Of a DNA stretch of 64,000 nt, positions 28,123 through 41,511 are shown one piece after another. This DNA comes from Tubulanus polymorphus (taxonomy: Eukaryota > Animalia > Nemertea). Every line of letters begins with the position of its first letter. Within the stretch, counting starts at the first letter, position 1. The position numbers and the translations under genes were made by a program. The notes under the pieces were generated by a model, which did not search any database, was not told the DNA's origin, and saw only the letters and a program-made list of their open reading frames with translations. The stretch covers positions 29,670,150-29,734,149 of the forward strand of contig NC_134026.1 in NCBI RefSeq assembly GCF_964204645.1, read 5' to 3'.

Positions 28123-28887
28123 TTGTACTCGAAATTTCAAGAACAGGAGATAGGAGATCCCGAATCTCAACATCATCCCTACATGAGGAGCAGGAGGAGG
28201 AGGAGGAGGAGAAAATTCATAATTCTTTTAGTATACCTTATTATTTCATACCTATTATTCATTTGATATATGTATTAAAAGTGTGAGGTCACATCAACTA
28301 GCCAGTATCATAGCTATTGAACACTGACATTTATCATATCCCTAAAAGCAGAGGAGAGGAGATAAAACGTACCACCAAATCAGTATGTGTATCACTGTTT
28401 CAGTACATGTATCACTGTATCAGTACATGTATCAATGTTTCAGTACATGTATCAATGTTTCAAGATGGCTGAACACCACAGAAGCTATCAGCATCATTCA
28501 GTGAAGTTGATAAGTTGATGTAGAAGCAACTACCATACAGCAATAACCAAGGAGAAACATTATTTCAAACAAATTATAATTATTTTACTAAGCCTATTAT
28601 TATTCTGTTCCTATTATCATTTCATACCTATTATTATTTAACATATTATTCTATATCTATCATTATTTCATATCTATCATTATCTTATACCTACTTCAAA
28701 TATCAAAGAGCGAAGAAGGTCACATCACCCCTAGGAAGGGGAGGTAGAACAAGCCACCATATCAGTACACATATCAATGTTTCAGTACATGTATCAATGT
28801 TTCAGTACAAGTATCAATGTTTCAAGATAGCTGAACTTAACAGCAATTTACATAGCGCACAACACCATGTATTACAACACTATGTAT

Positions 28888-29922
28888 AGTCTTAGACTTA
28901 GACCTATCCCATAAGCAGTCTCAGATTTGTTCCTGTCTTATAAGCCGTCTTAGAAGTCTTAGACTTAGACTTATGCCATAAGCAGTCTTAGACTTGTACC
29001 TATCCTATAAACAGTCTTATAAGCAGTCTTAGAAGTCTTACACTAAGACCTATCCCGCAAGCAGTCTTAGAAGTCTTACACTTAGACCTACCCAGCAAGC
29101 AGTCTTAGTAGTCTTACACTTAGACCTATCCCGCAAGCAGTCTTACACTTAGACCTATCCCGCAAGCAGTGTTAGTAGTCTTACACTAAGACCTATCCCG
29201 TAAGCAGTCTTACACTAAGACCTATCCCGTAAGCAGTCTTAGAAGTCTTACACTTAGACCTATCCCGCAAGCAGTCTTACACTTAGACCTATCCCGTAAG
29301 CAGTCTTAGTAGTCTTACACTAAGACCTATCCCGCAAGCAGTCTTAGAAGTCTTACACTTAGACCTATCCCGTAAGCAGTCTTAGTAGTCTTACACTAAG
29401 ACCTATCCCGTAAGCAGTCTTGGTAGTCTTACACTTAGACCTATCCCGCAAGCAGTCTTAGTATTCTTACACTTAGACCTATCCCGCAAGCAGTCTTAGA
29501 AGTCTTACACTTAGACCTACCCAGCAAGCAGTCTTAGAAGTCTTACACTAAGAACTATCCCACAAGCAGTCTTAGAAGTCTTACACTAAGACCTATCCCA
29601 CAAGCAGTCTTACACTTAGACCTATCCTGCAAGCAGTCTTACACTTAGACCCATCCCGCAAGCAGTCTTAGTAGTCTTACACTGAGACCTATCCCGTAAG
29701 CAGTCTTAGTAGTCTTACACTTAGACCTATTCCGCAAGCAGTCTTAGTATTCTTACACTTAGACCTATCCCGCAAGCAGTCTTAGTAGTCTTACATTTAG
29801 ACCTATCCCTTAAACAGTCTTAGAGGTCTTACACTTAGACCTATCCTACAAGCAGTCCAGTCTTAGAAGTCTTACACTAGACATATCCCATGAGCAGTCT
29901 TACACTTAGACCTATCCTATAA
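28888..29922. repeat. 38/29-bp minisatellite
   Basis: CTTACACTTAGACCTATCCCGCAAGCAGT(CTTAGAAGT). Confidence 0.95.
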
Positions 29923-30112
29923 GAAAGACTCATAGGCTTGAATATTTTGATAGTTGCCCAAGGGAAGCAGTATTCTTATCGATGTCTCTTATGACAAATC
30001 CACTAGAGGTATCTTATACAGTGTCAAATGAAAATCTTCTTAACTGCTGTTCAGTATAAATTCTGTATCACCATCATCATCATCATCATCACAATCATCA
30101 TCAAACCAAACC

Positions 30113-30590
<478 letters not shown>

Positions 30591-31254
30591 CAGTTTAACG
30601 TCGTACCTCAGGACAATTCTAAAACACTGGTAAAGGTATAAACCCAAGATTTGATAAATTCTTCTTATGGTTGTATTAAATAAAGCAATTTATGAAAATG
30701 TGGACTCAACTGTATTAAAAATCTGGGCTAAATTAGTTAGGAATATTAAAAGGTTTTAAGATAATATTTAAAATCCATGTTTAAAAGATACCTAAAAAGT
30801 ATATTTACATGTAGAAATTATAATCAATAAAAAATATAAAATATACAAATAAAAACCAACAACTATTTACAATTTAACAATATGTACAATAGTGTTAGTA
30901 CGGATAAAATGTGTCGATCAATTTGATGATATATCTAAATCTTTAGTTTTTATCATTATTTACCTATAATAATAAAAGCCCAAGTGATTTTAGAATAACT
31001 GTGCCAGGCCAATCACTCACTCGATGATCATCAATTACTGGTACTACACAATCACAGAAAGAGTGGTTTTTACCACGTGGTATATTAGGCCAGGTGCACC
31101 TCCCAATGATAATGCCAACTATTATGTTTGGCTTCTTTTGAGTTGTTATGTACATTGATATTTATTGAATGAGAAAGCTGCAGGTAGTAGAGAAGAGCGA
31201 TAGAAAAAAATTGCATGCAGAAAACAAGTGCATACGAGACACAGGAGATTACTG

Positions 31255-32425
31255 AAATTCAATATGGCTACCAGTCAGCCATCTTGATTGTGAAAATGAA
31301 AAGAAGATAAATCCAATTCAGCCACCAGTCAGCCATCTTGATAATGAAAATAAAATAATGAAATCTGATATGGTCACCAGTTAGCTTTACAACCAATATG
31401 GTCACAGGTCAGCCATTTTAGTGTGATTTCAACCTTTGTGGTACCTTACACCTTTCCCTTGAAAATGATAAATTAACAGTATGTGTAATCATGGCTGCCA
31501 GTCAGCCATCTTGATTCAGACTTCATAGCCAAAATGAATATCAATCATTACCATAGCACTCTAGCCCTAACTTAATCAAACTAAACCCCTAAAGTTTTGG
31601 GAATTAAATATGGCTGCCAGTCAGCCTTCTTGAGCATGCATGTAACTAATGCTTCACTTAGCACCCTACATCTTTTCCATGGTAATAATGATTTCGAGTA
31701 CTAGACTAAATAATAGTTTTAATTATCAAATCTGGCTGCCAGTTAGCCATCTTAAGTACCGCTATTAATGTGGATAGATGGAGAGGCCACAGCCATGACA
31801 ATAGATTGTGCGACTAAAGACTAAAGAGAAATAAGTGAAACATGAAAGATTATGGGGGAAATATGAAAATGAAACAAGGTTAGAACTAATTTCATTCAAT
31901 AAATATAGCTGTTTATATGAAATGTGTTTGAGAACCTCAAAAGCGCTGACACTTGTGGTCTAGGGACACCATGCCCTTTGAATGAAATGCTTGACAATCT
32001 GACAATGCGCCCGGTGAAAATATACAGAAACCAAAGACCTTTAAACTCACCACAATCATAGAACGAATACCAATATAAATGGAACAATTTCATACAATTC
32101 AATATTAGGCTAACCCCAATTCCACGTATGGAGATGTGTCCAATGAGAATGCTACGAATTAGCAAATTATCAAGACTAGATGTTTGATTTGAAAATTTCC
32201 CTTGTAAAATTCAAAAATGTGTACAAAGTACTGAAGTACTGATTTTAGCGAACAATAATCACCGCCAGTTGGCCATATTGATTCTGTTTGGGCCTTCTTT
32301 TGGTGTCTAGGGTAGATACATGTATAAACCAAATATCATGACGATCCATTGAAGCATCTTCCCAAAAAACTAGATTCTGTCTACGAACAGATGACGATGG
32401 ACAAAAAGTGAATGCAATAGTCTAC
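31255..32425 (+). mobile_element. Helentron/HINE-like non-autonomous element remnants with repeated ATGGCTGCCAGTCAGCCATCTTG motif
   Basis: About 7-8 copies of the semi-palindromic motif; 3' part ACCAAATATCATGACGATCC...GAACAGATGACGATGGACAAAAAGTGAATGCAATAG resembles invertebrate HINE-type ends (recognised from memory). Confidence 0.4.
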
Positions 32426-32989
32426 ATGTGCTCAAAGGTTCAAGAAGATCAAAAGAAATATTTGAGAAAAAAGAAACTGAACCCCATAGAAGTTAGGATA
32501 GAAATAACAAACCTAAAAAACTAGAAAAATCTTTTTTTTCATTTCCCTATTTTCCTAAATAATTAAAAATTGATTTAAAAATCTATTCTTTCCTTCATTT
32601 ACAATCTATCTTATATACAAATCATATCCTAGAAAAAATCATCCAAGATGAATCCCACACATAAAAATATAAAACTGATATCTAAAATAAATCTTTTCTA
32701 GGAAAAATGTTCCATTTAAACAATTATAATGACATCAATTATGCTCAAATGCTCTATTGAATAATCAACTGACTTGTAAATACTTCTGACATCGAACACG
32801 AAACAAAGGTAAAAATAGATCTAACAATTAATTTTTTCTATTTAATCAGAATGTCTTCCAAAATGAAATCCTAATCTGAAAAAAATTCTAAGAATCAATA
32901 GAGATGGCCCTGACACAAGTTGATTGATAATCATCTGTTCCATTACTTCGAATGTTACTGACATCATCGAATCCATATCACACTAAAAT

Positions 32990-35220
32990 ATTTCAATGAC
33001 CCAGGAGTAATTCTATTAATGACAAAAATTACCCTACCCTCAGTTCATCAATCATTAAAAAAAAACCTAACCGTATTCTATCATGATTAAAAAGACATAT
33101 TATTTTACTGATGAACTGAGAGTAATTCTATCAATGACAAATTTACCCTCAGTTCATAAAACAATAACAATAACCTCACGCAGTATTCTATCATGATCCA
33201 AACTGATCAATTTTACTTTAAATATATTTTAGTGTTAATCCTACTAACTATATAATAAATGTATTTTACTGATGATCCCGAGAGTAATTCTATCAATGAC
33301 AAAATTACTCTCAGTTCAAAAAACAATAAAAATAACCTCACAACAGTATTCCATCATGATTCAAACTGATCCATTTTACTTTAAATATATCTTAGTGTTA
33401 ATCCTACTAACTATATAATTAATGTATTTTACTGATGATCCTGAGAGTAATTCTATCAATGACAAAATTACCCTCAGTTCATAAAACAATAGAAATAACC
33501 TAACAGTATTCTATCATGATTAAAACTGATCAATTTTGTTTTGAATATATTTTAGTGTTAATCCTACTAACTTTATAATTTATGAATTTTACTTATGACC
33601 TGAGAGTAATTCTATCAATGACAAATTTACCCTCAGTTCATAGAATAAAAATAACCTACCAATATTCTATCATGATTAAAACTGACCAATTTTACTATAA
33701 ATATATTTTAGTGTTAATCCTACTAACTTTATAATTTATGAATTTTACTTATGACCTGAGAGTAATTCTATCAATGACAAATTTACCCTCAGTTCATAGA
33801 ATAAAAATAACCTACCAATATTCTATCATGATTAAAACTGACCAATTTTACTATAAATATATTTTAGTGTTAATCCTACTAACTTTATAATTTATGAATT
33901 TTACTTATGACCTGAGAGTAATTCTATCAATGACAAATTTACCCTCAGTTCATAGAATAATAAAAATAACCTACCAATATTATATCATGATTAAAACTGA
34001 CCAATTTTACTATGAATATATTTTACTGATAATCCTTCTAAATTTATAATTTATGAATTTTACTTATGACCTGAGAGTAATTCTATCAATGACAAATTTA
34101 CCCTCAGTTCATAGAATAATAAAAATAACCTACCAATATTCTATCATGATTAAAACTGATCAATTTTACTATAAATATATTTTACTGATAATCCTTCTAA
34201 ATTAATAATTTATGAATTTTACTTATGACCTGAGAGTAATTCTATCAATGACAAATTTACCCTCAGTTCATAGAATAATAAAAATAACCTACCAATATTC
34301 TATCATGATTAAAACTGATCAATTTTACTATAAATATATTTTACTGATAATCCTTCTAAATTTATAATTTATGAATTTATTTATGACCTGAGAGTAATTC
34401 TATCAATGACAAATTTACCCTCAGTTCATTAAACAATGATAAAACCTAACAGAATTCTATCATGATCGGAAAAAGCTTATTAACCTCCATTATAAACATA
34501 ATTTCATCTTCATTTTACAAAAACAAATAATAAAATTGTATTTGTTTCAATAAAACTATTTTTTTGAAAATTCAAAAAGAGAAATCTGATGAAGCGTACC
34601 TATAAATGTATATTACTGATGATCCCGAGAGTGATTCTATCAATGACTAATTTACCATCAGTTCATAAAACAATAAAAATAATCCAACAGTATTCTATCA
34701 TGATTAAAACTGATCAATTTTACCTTAAATATATCTTAGTGTTAATCCTAGTCACTTTATAATTAATGTATTTTACTGAAGACCTGAGAGTAATTCTATC
34801 AATTCTATCAATGACAAATTTACACTCAGTTCATCAGGCAATGAAAAAACCTACTAGTATTATATCATCAAATTAAATACAAAAAAATATATTGAACTTT
34901 ATCATTCATGTAGTTTACTTATGAAATGAGAGTAATTCTGTCAATGACAAATTTACCCTCAGTTCAAAAAAGAAAAAAGTCTATTACAAACTGTTTCAAT
35001 AAAACTAATTTTTGAAAATTCAGAAAAAGAAATCTGATGAAGCGTTCCTATAAATGTATATTACTGATGATCCTGAGAGTAATTCTATCAATGACAAATT
35101 TACCCTCAGTTCATAAAACAATAAAAAATAACCTAACAATATTCTATCATGATTAAAAATATCTGATGAGTTAACATTAATGTATTTTATTGATGATCCC
35201 AAGAGTAATTGTATCAATGA
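32990..35220. repeat. AT-rich ~156-163-bp satellite
   Basis: GAGAGTAATTCTATCAATGACAAATTTACCCTCAGTTCAT at 33602, 33758, 33914, 34073 and further copies. Confidence 0.95.
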
Positions 35221-35289
35221 TGAAAACTTGTTTATCCTGAATATAGAAACAAATGACTTCATACCTTTAATAACTAAACTTAAAAATAA

Positions 35290-35645
35290 TCATATAGCTT
35301 GACCTAAACAAACTTAAATAACAAGACTTAAATACACTTAAATAACTAGACTAAAATAAATAGACTAAAATACACTTAAATAACTTGGCCTAAATAGACT
35401 TAATTAACCTGGCCTAAATAGACTTAAATAACAAGACCTAAATATACTTAAATAACTAGACTAAAATAACTAGACCTAAATAGACTTAAATAACTAGACC
35501 TAAATATACTTAAATAACTAGGCATTGATAGACTTAAGTAACTTGGCCTAAATAGACTTAAATAACTAGATCTAAATATACTTAGATAACTAGAAATATA
35601 CTTAAATAAATAGCCATGAATAGACTTGAATAACTATATCTAAAC
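35290..35645. repeat. ~24-bp minisatellite
   Basis: AAATAACTAGACCTAAATAGACTT, degenerate. Confidence 0.9.
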
Positions 35646-36353
35646 ACAATAAACATATAAACTGAAATCAAAAAGTGAAGACAATAAACTCACTGACAAA
35701 CTGAAAATATCTTTAAAAAACTAGGAAAATCAAGAAAAGAAGATAAAATAAAGTATGAGAAAAAGTTCTCAATCACATTTCATATGAACTATGAGTACAA
35801 GCTCTTCGTGCATACATTATAATACATGGGCCTCATACATAACCACTATTTATATCTGCGTTGTGGACCACGTAATTGTGTCAAAGAGTGTTCAGTGATA
35901 AAACCTGGACCTTCAGTTATCCTTTCCAAAATATCTTGGGTTCCAATATATGATATAGTCAAATACATAGAGAAATCTAGTCAAGATAAATAATTCATCA
36001 AATTGATCTGTAGGCGTGTTTTAAAAAACGAATATTATGTAGTTCTTGAAAATATAAAATGGTTCTAAATTATATACAAATAAAGAAGTTTAAAATGAGT
36101 ACAAATAAAACGATTTAAAATACAATACAGATTAGAGAAAATTAGTTCAAAAACTCAAAAGTTGGAGTAAATTAGAATCTTAAGCAATGAATGCCTTGAA
36201 ACATAGAATTTGGCTGAATCTTTAGGAAATAAATGAAACACTGTAACGGCAATAATCATAACACTAACTGTTCAATAACTGGAATATCGCTGAAATGTTT
36301 GTTGGCTATTGATGATGATGATGATGATGATGCTGGTTTTTGTTTGGATATGT

Positions 36354-38960
36354 ACCTCTATACAGGGGTTCAACCTACTCTCTATGACTGTCCTCTATAC
36401 AGGGGTTCAATCTACTCTCGCGTCCTCTATACAGGGGTTCAACCTACTCTCTATGACTGTCCTCTATACAGGGGTTCAACCTACTCCCTATGACTGTCCT
36501 CTATACAGGGGTTCAATCTACTCTCGCGTCCTCTATACAGGGGTTCAACCTACTCTCTATGACTGTCCTCTATACAGGGGTTCAACCTACTCTCTATGAC
36601 TGTCCTCTATACAGGGGTTCAACCTACTCTCTATGACTGTCCTCTATACAGGGGTTCAACCTACTCTCGCGTCCTCTATACAGGGGTTCAACCTACTCTC
36701 TATGACTGTTCACTATACAGGGGTTCAACCTACTCTCTATGACTGTCCTCTATACAGGGGTTCAACCTACTCTCTATGACTGTCCTCTATACAGGGGTTC
36801 AACCTACTCTCTATGACTGTCCTCTATACAGGGGTTCAACCTACTCTCTATGACTGTCCTCTATACAGGGGTTCAACCTACTCTCGCGTCCTCTATACAG
36901 GGGTTCAACCTACTCTCTATGACTGTCCTCTATACAGGGGTTCAACCTACTCTCTATGACTGTCCTCTATACAGGGGTTCAACCTACTCTCTATGACTGT
37001 CCTCTATACAGGGGTTCAACCTACTCCCTATGACTGTCCTCTATACAGGGGTTCAACCTACTCCCTATGACTGTCCTCTATACAGGGGTTCAATCTACTC
37101 CCTATGACTGTCCTCTATACAGGGGTTCAATCTACTCTCTATGACTGTCCTCTATACAGGGGTTCAATCTACTCCCTATGACTGTCCTCTATACAGGGGT
37201 TCAACCTACTCCCTATGACTGTCCTCTATACAGGAATTCAACCCGTCCTCTCTGACTGTCCTCTATACAGGGGTTCAACCTACTCTCTATGACTGTCCTC
37301 TATACAGGAATTCAACCCGTCCTCTCTGACTGTCCTCTAAACAAGAATCAACTTCCCATGTATATGACAGCCCTCTATACAGGGGTTCAACCTACTCTCT
37401 ATGACTGTCCTCTATACAGGGGTTCAACCTACTCTCTATGACTGTCCTCTATACAGGGGTTCAACCTACTCTCGCGTCCTCTATACAGGGGTTCAACCTA
37501 CTCTCTATGACTGTCCTCTATACAGGGGTTCAACCTACTCTCTATGACTGTCCTCTATACAGGGGTTCAACCTACTCCCTATGACTGTCCTCTATACAGG
37601 GGTTCAACCTACTCTCTATGACTGTCCTCTATACAGGGGTTCAATCTACTCTCTATGACTGTCCTCTATACAGGGGTTCAACCTACTCCCTATGACTGTC
37701 CTCTATACAGGGGTTCAACCTACTCTCTATGACTGTCCTCTATACAGGGGTTCAACCTACTCTCTATGACTGTCCTCTATACAGGGGTTCAATCTACTCT
37801 CTATGACTGTCCTCTATACAGGGGTTCAACCTACTCCCTATGACTGTCCTCTATACAGGGGTTCAACCTACTCTCTATGACTGTCCTCTATACAGGGGTT
37901 CAACCTACTCCCTATGACTGTCCTCTATACAGGGGTTCAACCTACTCTCGCGTCCTCTATACAGGGGTTCAACCTACTCTCTATGACTGTCCTCTATACA
38001 GGGGTTCAACCTACTCTCTATGACTGTCCTCTATACAGGGGTTCAACCTACTCTCTATGACTGTCCTCTATACAGGGGTTCAACCTACTCCCTATGACTG
38101 TCCTCTATACAGGGGTTCAATCTACTCCCTATGACTGTCCTCTATACAGGGGTTCAACCTACTCTCTATGACTGTCCTCTATACAGGGGTTCAACCTACT
38201 CCCTATGACTGTCCTCTATACAGGGGTTCAACCTACTCTCTATGACTGTCCTCTATACAGGGGTTCAACCTACTCTCTATGACTGTCCTCTATACAGGGG
38301 TTCAACCTACTCTCTATGACTGTCCTCTATACAGGGGTTCAACCTACTCTCTATGACTGTCCTCTATACAGGGGTTCAATCTACTCCCTATGACTGTCCT
38401 CTATACAGGGGTTCAATCTACTCCCTATGACTGTCCTCTATACAGGGGTTCAACCTACTCCCTATGACTGTCCTCTATACAGGGGTTCAATCTACTCCCT
38501 ATGACTGTCCTCTATACAGGGGTTCAATCTACTCTCTATGACTGTCCTCTATACAGGGGTTCAATCTACTCTCTATGACTGTCCTCTATACAGGGGTTCA
38601 ATCTACTCCCTATGACTGTCCTCTATACAGGGGTTCAACCTACTCCCTATGACTGTCCTCTATACAGGAATTCAACCCGTCCTCTCTGACTGTCCTCTAA
38701 ACAAGAATCAACTTCCCATGTATATGACAGCCCTCTATACAGGAATTTAACCTGCACTCTCTGACTGTCCTCTCTATACAGGAATTAAATTCCCTTTTAT
38801 CTGACTGTCTTCTTTACAGGGGTTTCCTCTCTGTCCCCTATACAGGAATACAACCTGCACTCTCCGATTGTCCTCTATACAGGAATTAAATTCCCTTTTA
38901 TCTGACTGTCCTCTTTAAAGAGGTTTCCTCTCTGACTGTCCTCTATACAAGGGTCCTCAA
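36354..38960. repeat. 37-bp minisatellite (~65-70 units) with higher-order duplication
   Basis: TGTCCTCTATACAGGGGTTCAACCTACTCTCTATGAC; 32-bp CTCGCG variants; the same degenerate block occurs at ~37305 and ~38665. Confidence 0.97.
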
Positions 38961-40684
38961 TACAAGGGATCAATTCCCCAATTTCCCAAGTATATATCCT
39001 CTATACACTTGGCAATTTTGAACATCCAAAATTTGAATAATATCTAATTTTGATTAGAATTAATCATTTCAATTCATCGTTAATGATGTTTCAATACTTG
39101 CTGATCCTAGGTCAAATCCCAGCAATTTCATTTCAAAATATCGATGATTAATCTCAATTTTCAATCACATTATCTAAAAATATCTCAATCTTATCTTTTA
39201 TTCATTAGCTTAATTAGCGAAATACTTTTTCTCTCTCCTCTGCTCAATAAACAAGTCAAATTCTGAGCCTGATGATAATTAGGCTCATTATTAGCCAATA
39301 CAACTTCACCGACTTGACAACAACAAATTCTCTTATCAGAGATCTTTTTTATTCCGCGTTTTAACTGAATCTTTACAGAATTCTATAAGGTTCCATTTTA
39401 TCGCAATTATCAATTATGAAATTCATGTATTGATCATCGATCAAGTGAATCATTCCATTTCACACCCTAAATAGGACCATTGGTGCAGCAGGATCAATTG
39501 AGTAAAGTTTACCGTTGAGCATTTAAATGGATTTATGGGATTTGCAATAAGGTGTGAAGATGTCATCTTAGTGCACACAACACCACTGTGTAGTAAAGCG
39601 TGTTCAACTATGATGATTTGCATGGTATTAGGTTATTCCCATGACTTACGAGCAATTTAGTTGAGATCAATTTAGTTGAGATAATCGCTCGTAGCCATGA
39701 CTCACTGGCACATGGCAGAACAATCCATACAATTTTTACAAGGCCAACTTGGATGCTGAAGTACTATCCCAGTGACGTCATTATCGAGGAACAAGGTCAA
39801 GCATCGATAAGTAGACATGGGGAAAATTCATTTGCTCATTTCTCTCAGTATTTCCAATCCACTAAGAGCTGATGGACAAAACCTTCCATATTAATTCCAA
39901 CGCCTATTTCTCTTCTAATGACAAAATATCAGCTGTGTATATCCGATGGTTATAATTCTACCACCCAGAGCTAACAGAAAGTTACTCTCAGAACCGTTCT
40001 ATAAAGATGAACGTAGTTGATCCAATAAGTGTAATGAAATTGATTACCGTTGTTTTTGCTGTGATTTCCATTCTTGTGCAACATTTTATCCAATATCACG
40101 TAATTATGCGTATGAATACATATTCCTATTCCTAAACGAGTGGATATTTGAAATCCATCCGTTCACATTTAAAGGATTTCCTTCCGCTGTTTGGCAATAG
40201 ATATTAACATTTCAAGTTTTCGCGATAAATCAAATAAATCTGTAACTAGAAAAACAAGTATTTTAATAACAATGAACAATGATTTTAAACTTGACATATG
40301 AACGTCATAGTATCAGGGGTGGGATAACATTGAACACATTGTATTTCAATGTAATTCTATAAGAAATCGCATTATGTGTAAAACATAGCTGTTCCTTCTC
40401 CGTGTTTTGAAAAGAATCACATTATGTGAATCAAAGCAATCCTTATATTTGAAAAAACCATAATTTAGAGACGTTCTTTTAAATTTTTTTTCAAACTCCA
40501 CAGAAAAATTATGGCAGAGATGGCACTTTCCAGCGTGTCCTAGAGGACTTTTCGAAAGGCCATAACGATTACAGCAATTGAATAGGTGATTAATTACCAC
40601 GAGTTCTGCCACTGAAAAAATGGCAAGGATGGATACAGATGGTAAAGATGGTAAAGATGGATACTGAGGCTGAATGCTGCTGCA

Positions 40685-41025
40685 AAATGGAACGCAAGAA
40701 TGGAACTGCATGAGTCAGTTCGAATGCAGGAATGGAACTGCAGGAGTCATTTCGAATGCAGGAATGGAACTGCATGAGCGAGTTCGAATGCAGGAATGAA
40801 ACTGCATTGAGTCAGTTCTAATGCAGGAATGGAACTGCATGAGTCAGTTTGAGGATGCAGGAGTGGAACTGCATGAGTCATTTTGAATGCAGGAGTGGAA
40901 CTGCATGAGTCAGTTCGAATGCAGGAATGGAGCTGCATGAGTCAGTTCGAATACAAGAATGGAACTGCACGAGTCAGTTCAAATGCAGGAATGGAACTGC
41001 ATGAGTCAATTTGAATGAAGGAATG
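40685..41025. repeat. 32-bp minisatellite
   Basis: GGAACTGCATGAGTCAGTTCGAATGCAGGAAT about 10 times; period 40702->40734. Confidence 0.95.
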
Positions 41026-41511
41026 GTGTGGGAGGGTTTGGTAGGAACACAGCGGGACGTACAGTCAAAAAAAATAGATTAAAATGATTTTAAATAAGTA
41101 TGGATGATATGATGGAACAAATTCTAATTTGCCCAATAAAATAAATAAAGGGATGAAATGAATTGATGGTTTCTTTTTTTATTTTTAGTTTTTATAATTT
41201 TTTCAGGAGAACCGTAAAACTCCCTATAAAACCGGTAGGATCTGGTTTTTATCTTTTATTTTTTTTTTTAAATAAAATTGAAATGAAGGACTGCACGCCC
41301 ACTGGTTCCTAATGCAAGGGGGTTGACAGATATTTTGTGGCACCGCGCCAACTGCAGACCGACGAAGAAATGAAATGAAACGAAATGAACGAGTTCTTAA
41401 AACTCACTTGAGCGGTAATAAAAATGAATGATGAAAGGAGTGCCGATCTGCAGACGTGCATGGGCTGATGTTGTTGCCCGGAGTGATGGCGAGTGAAGGG
41501 GGGATGGTTTT

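Noticed and set aside
31255-31760. CRISPR array
   Set aside because: Eukaryotic context, degenerate repeats, irregular spacer lengths and no cas genes
36354-38960. CRISPR-like 37-bp repeats
   Set aside because: Units are head-to-tail with no unique spacers; this is a minisatellite
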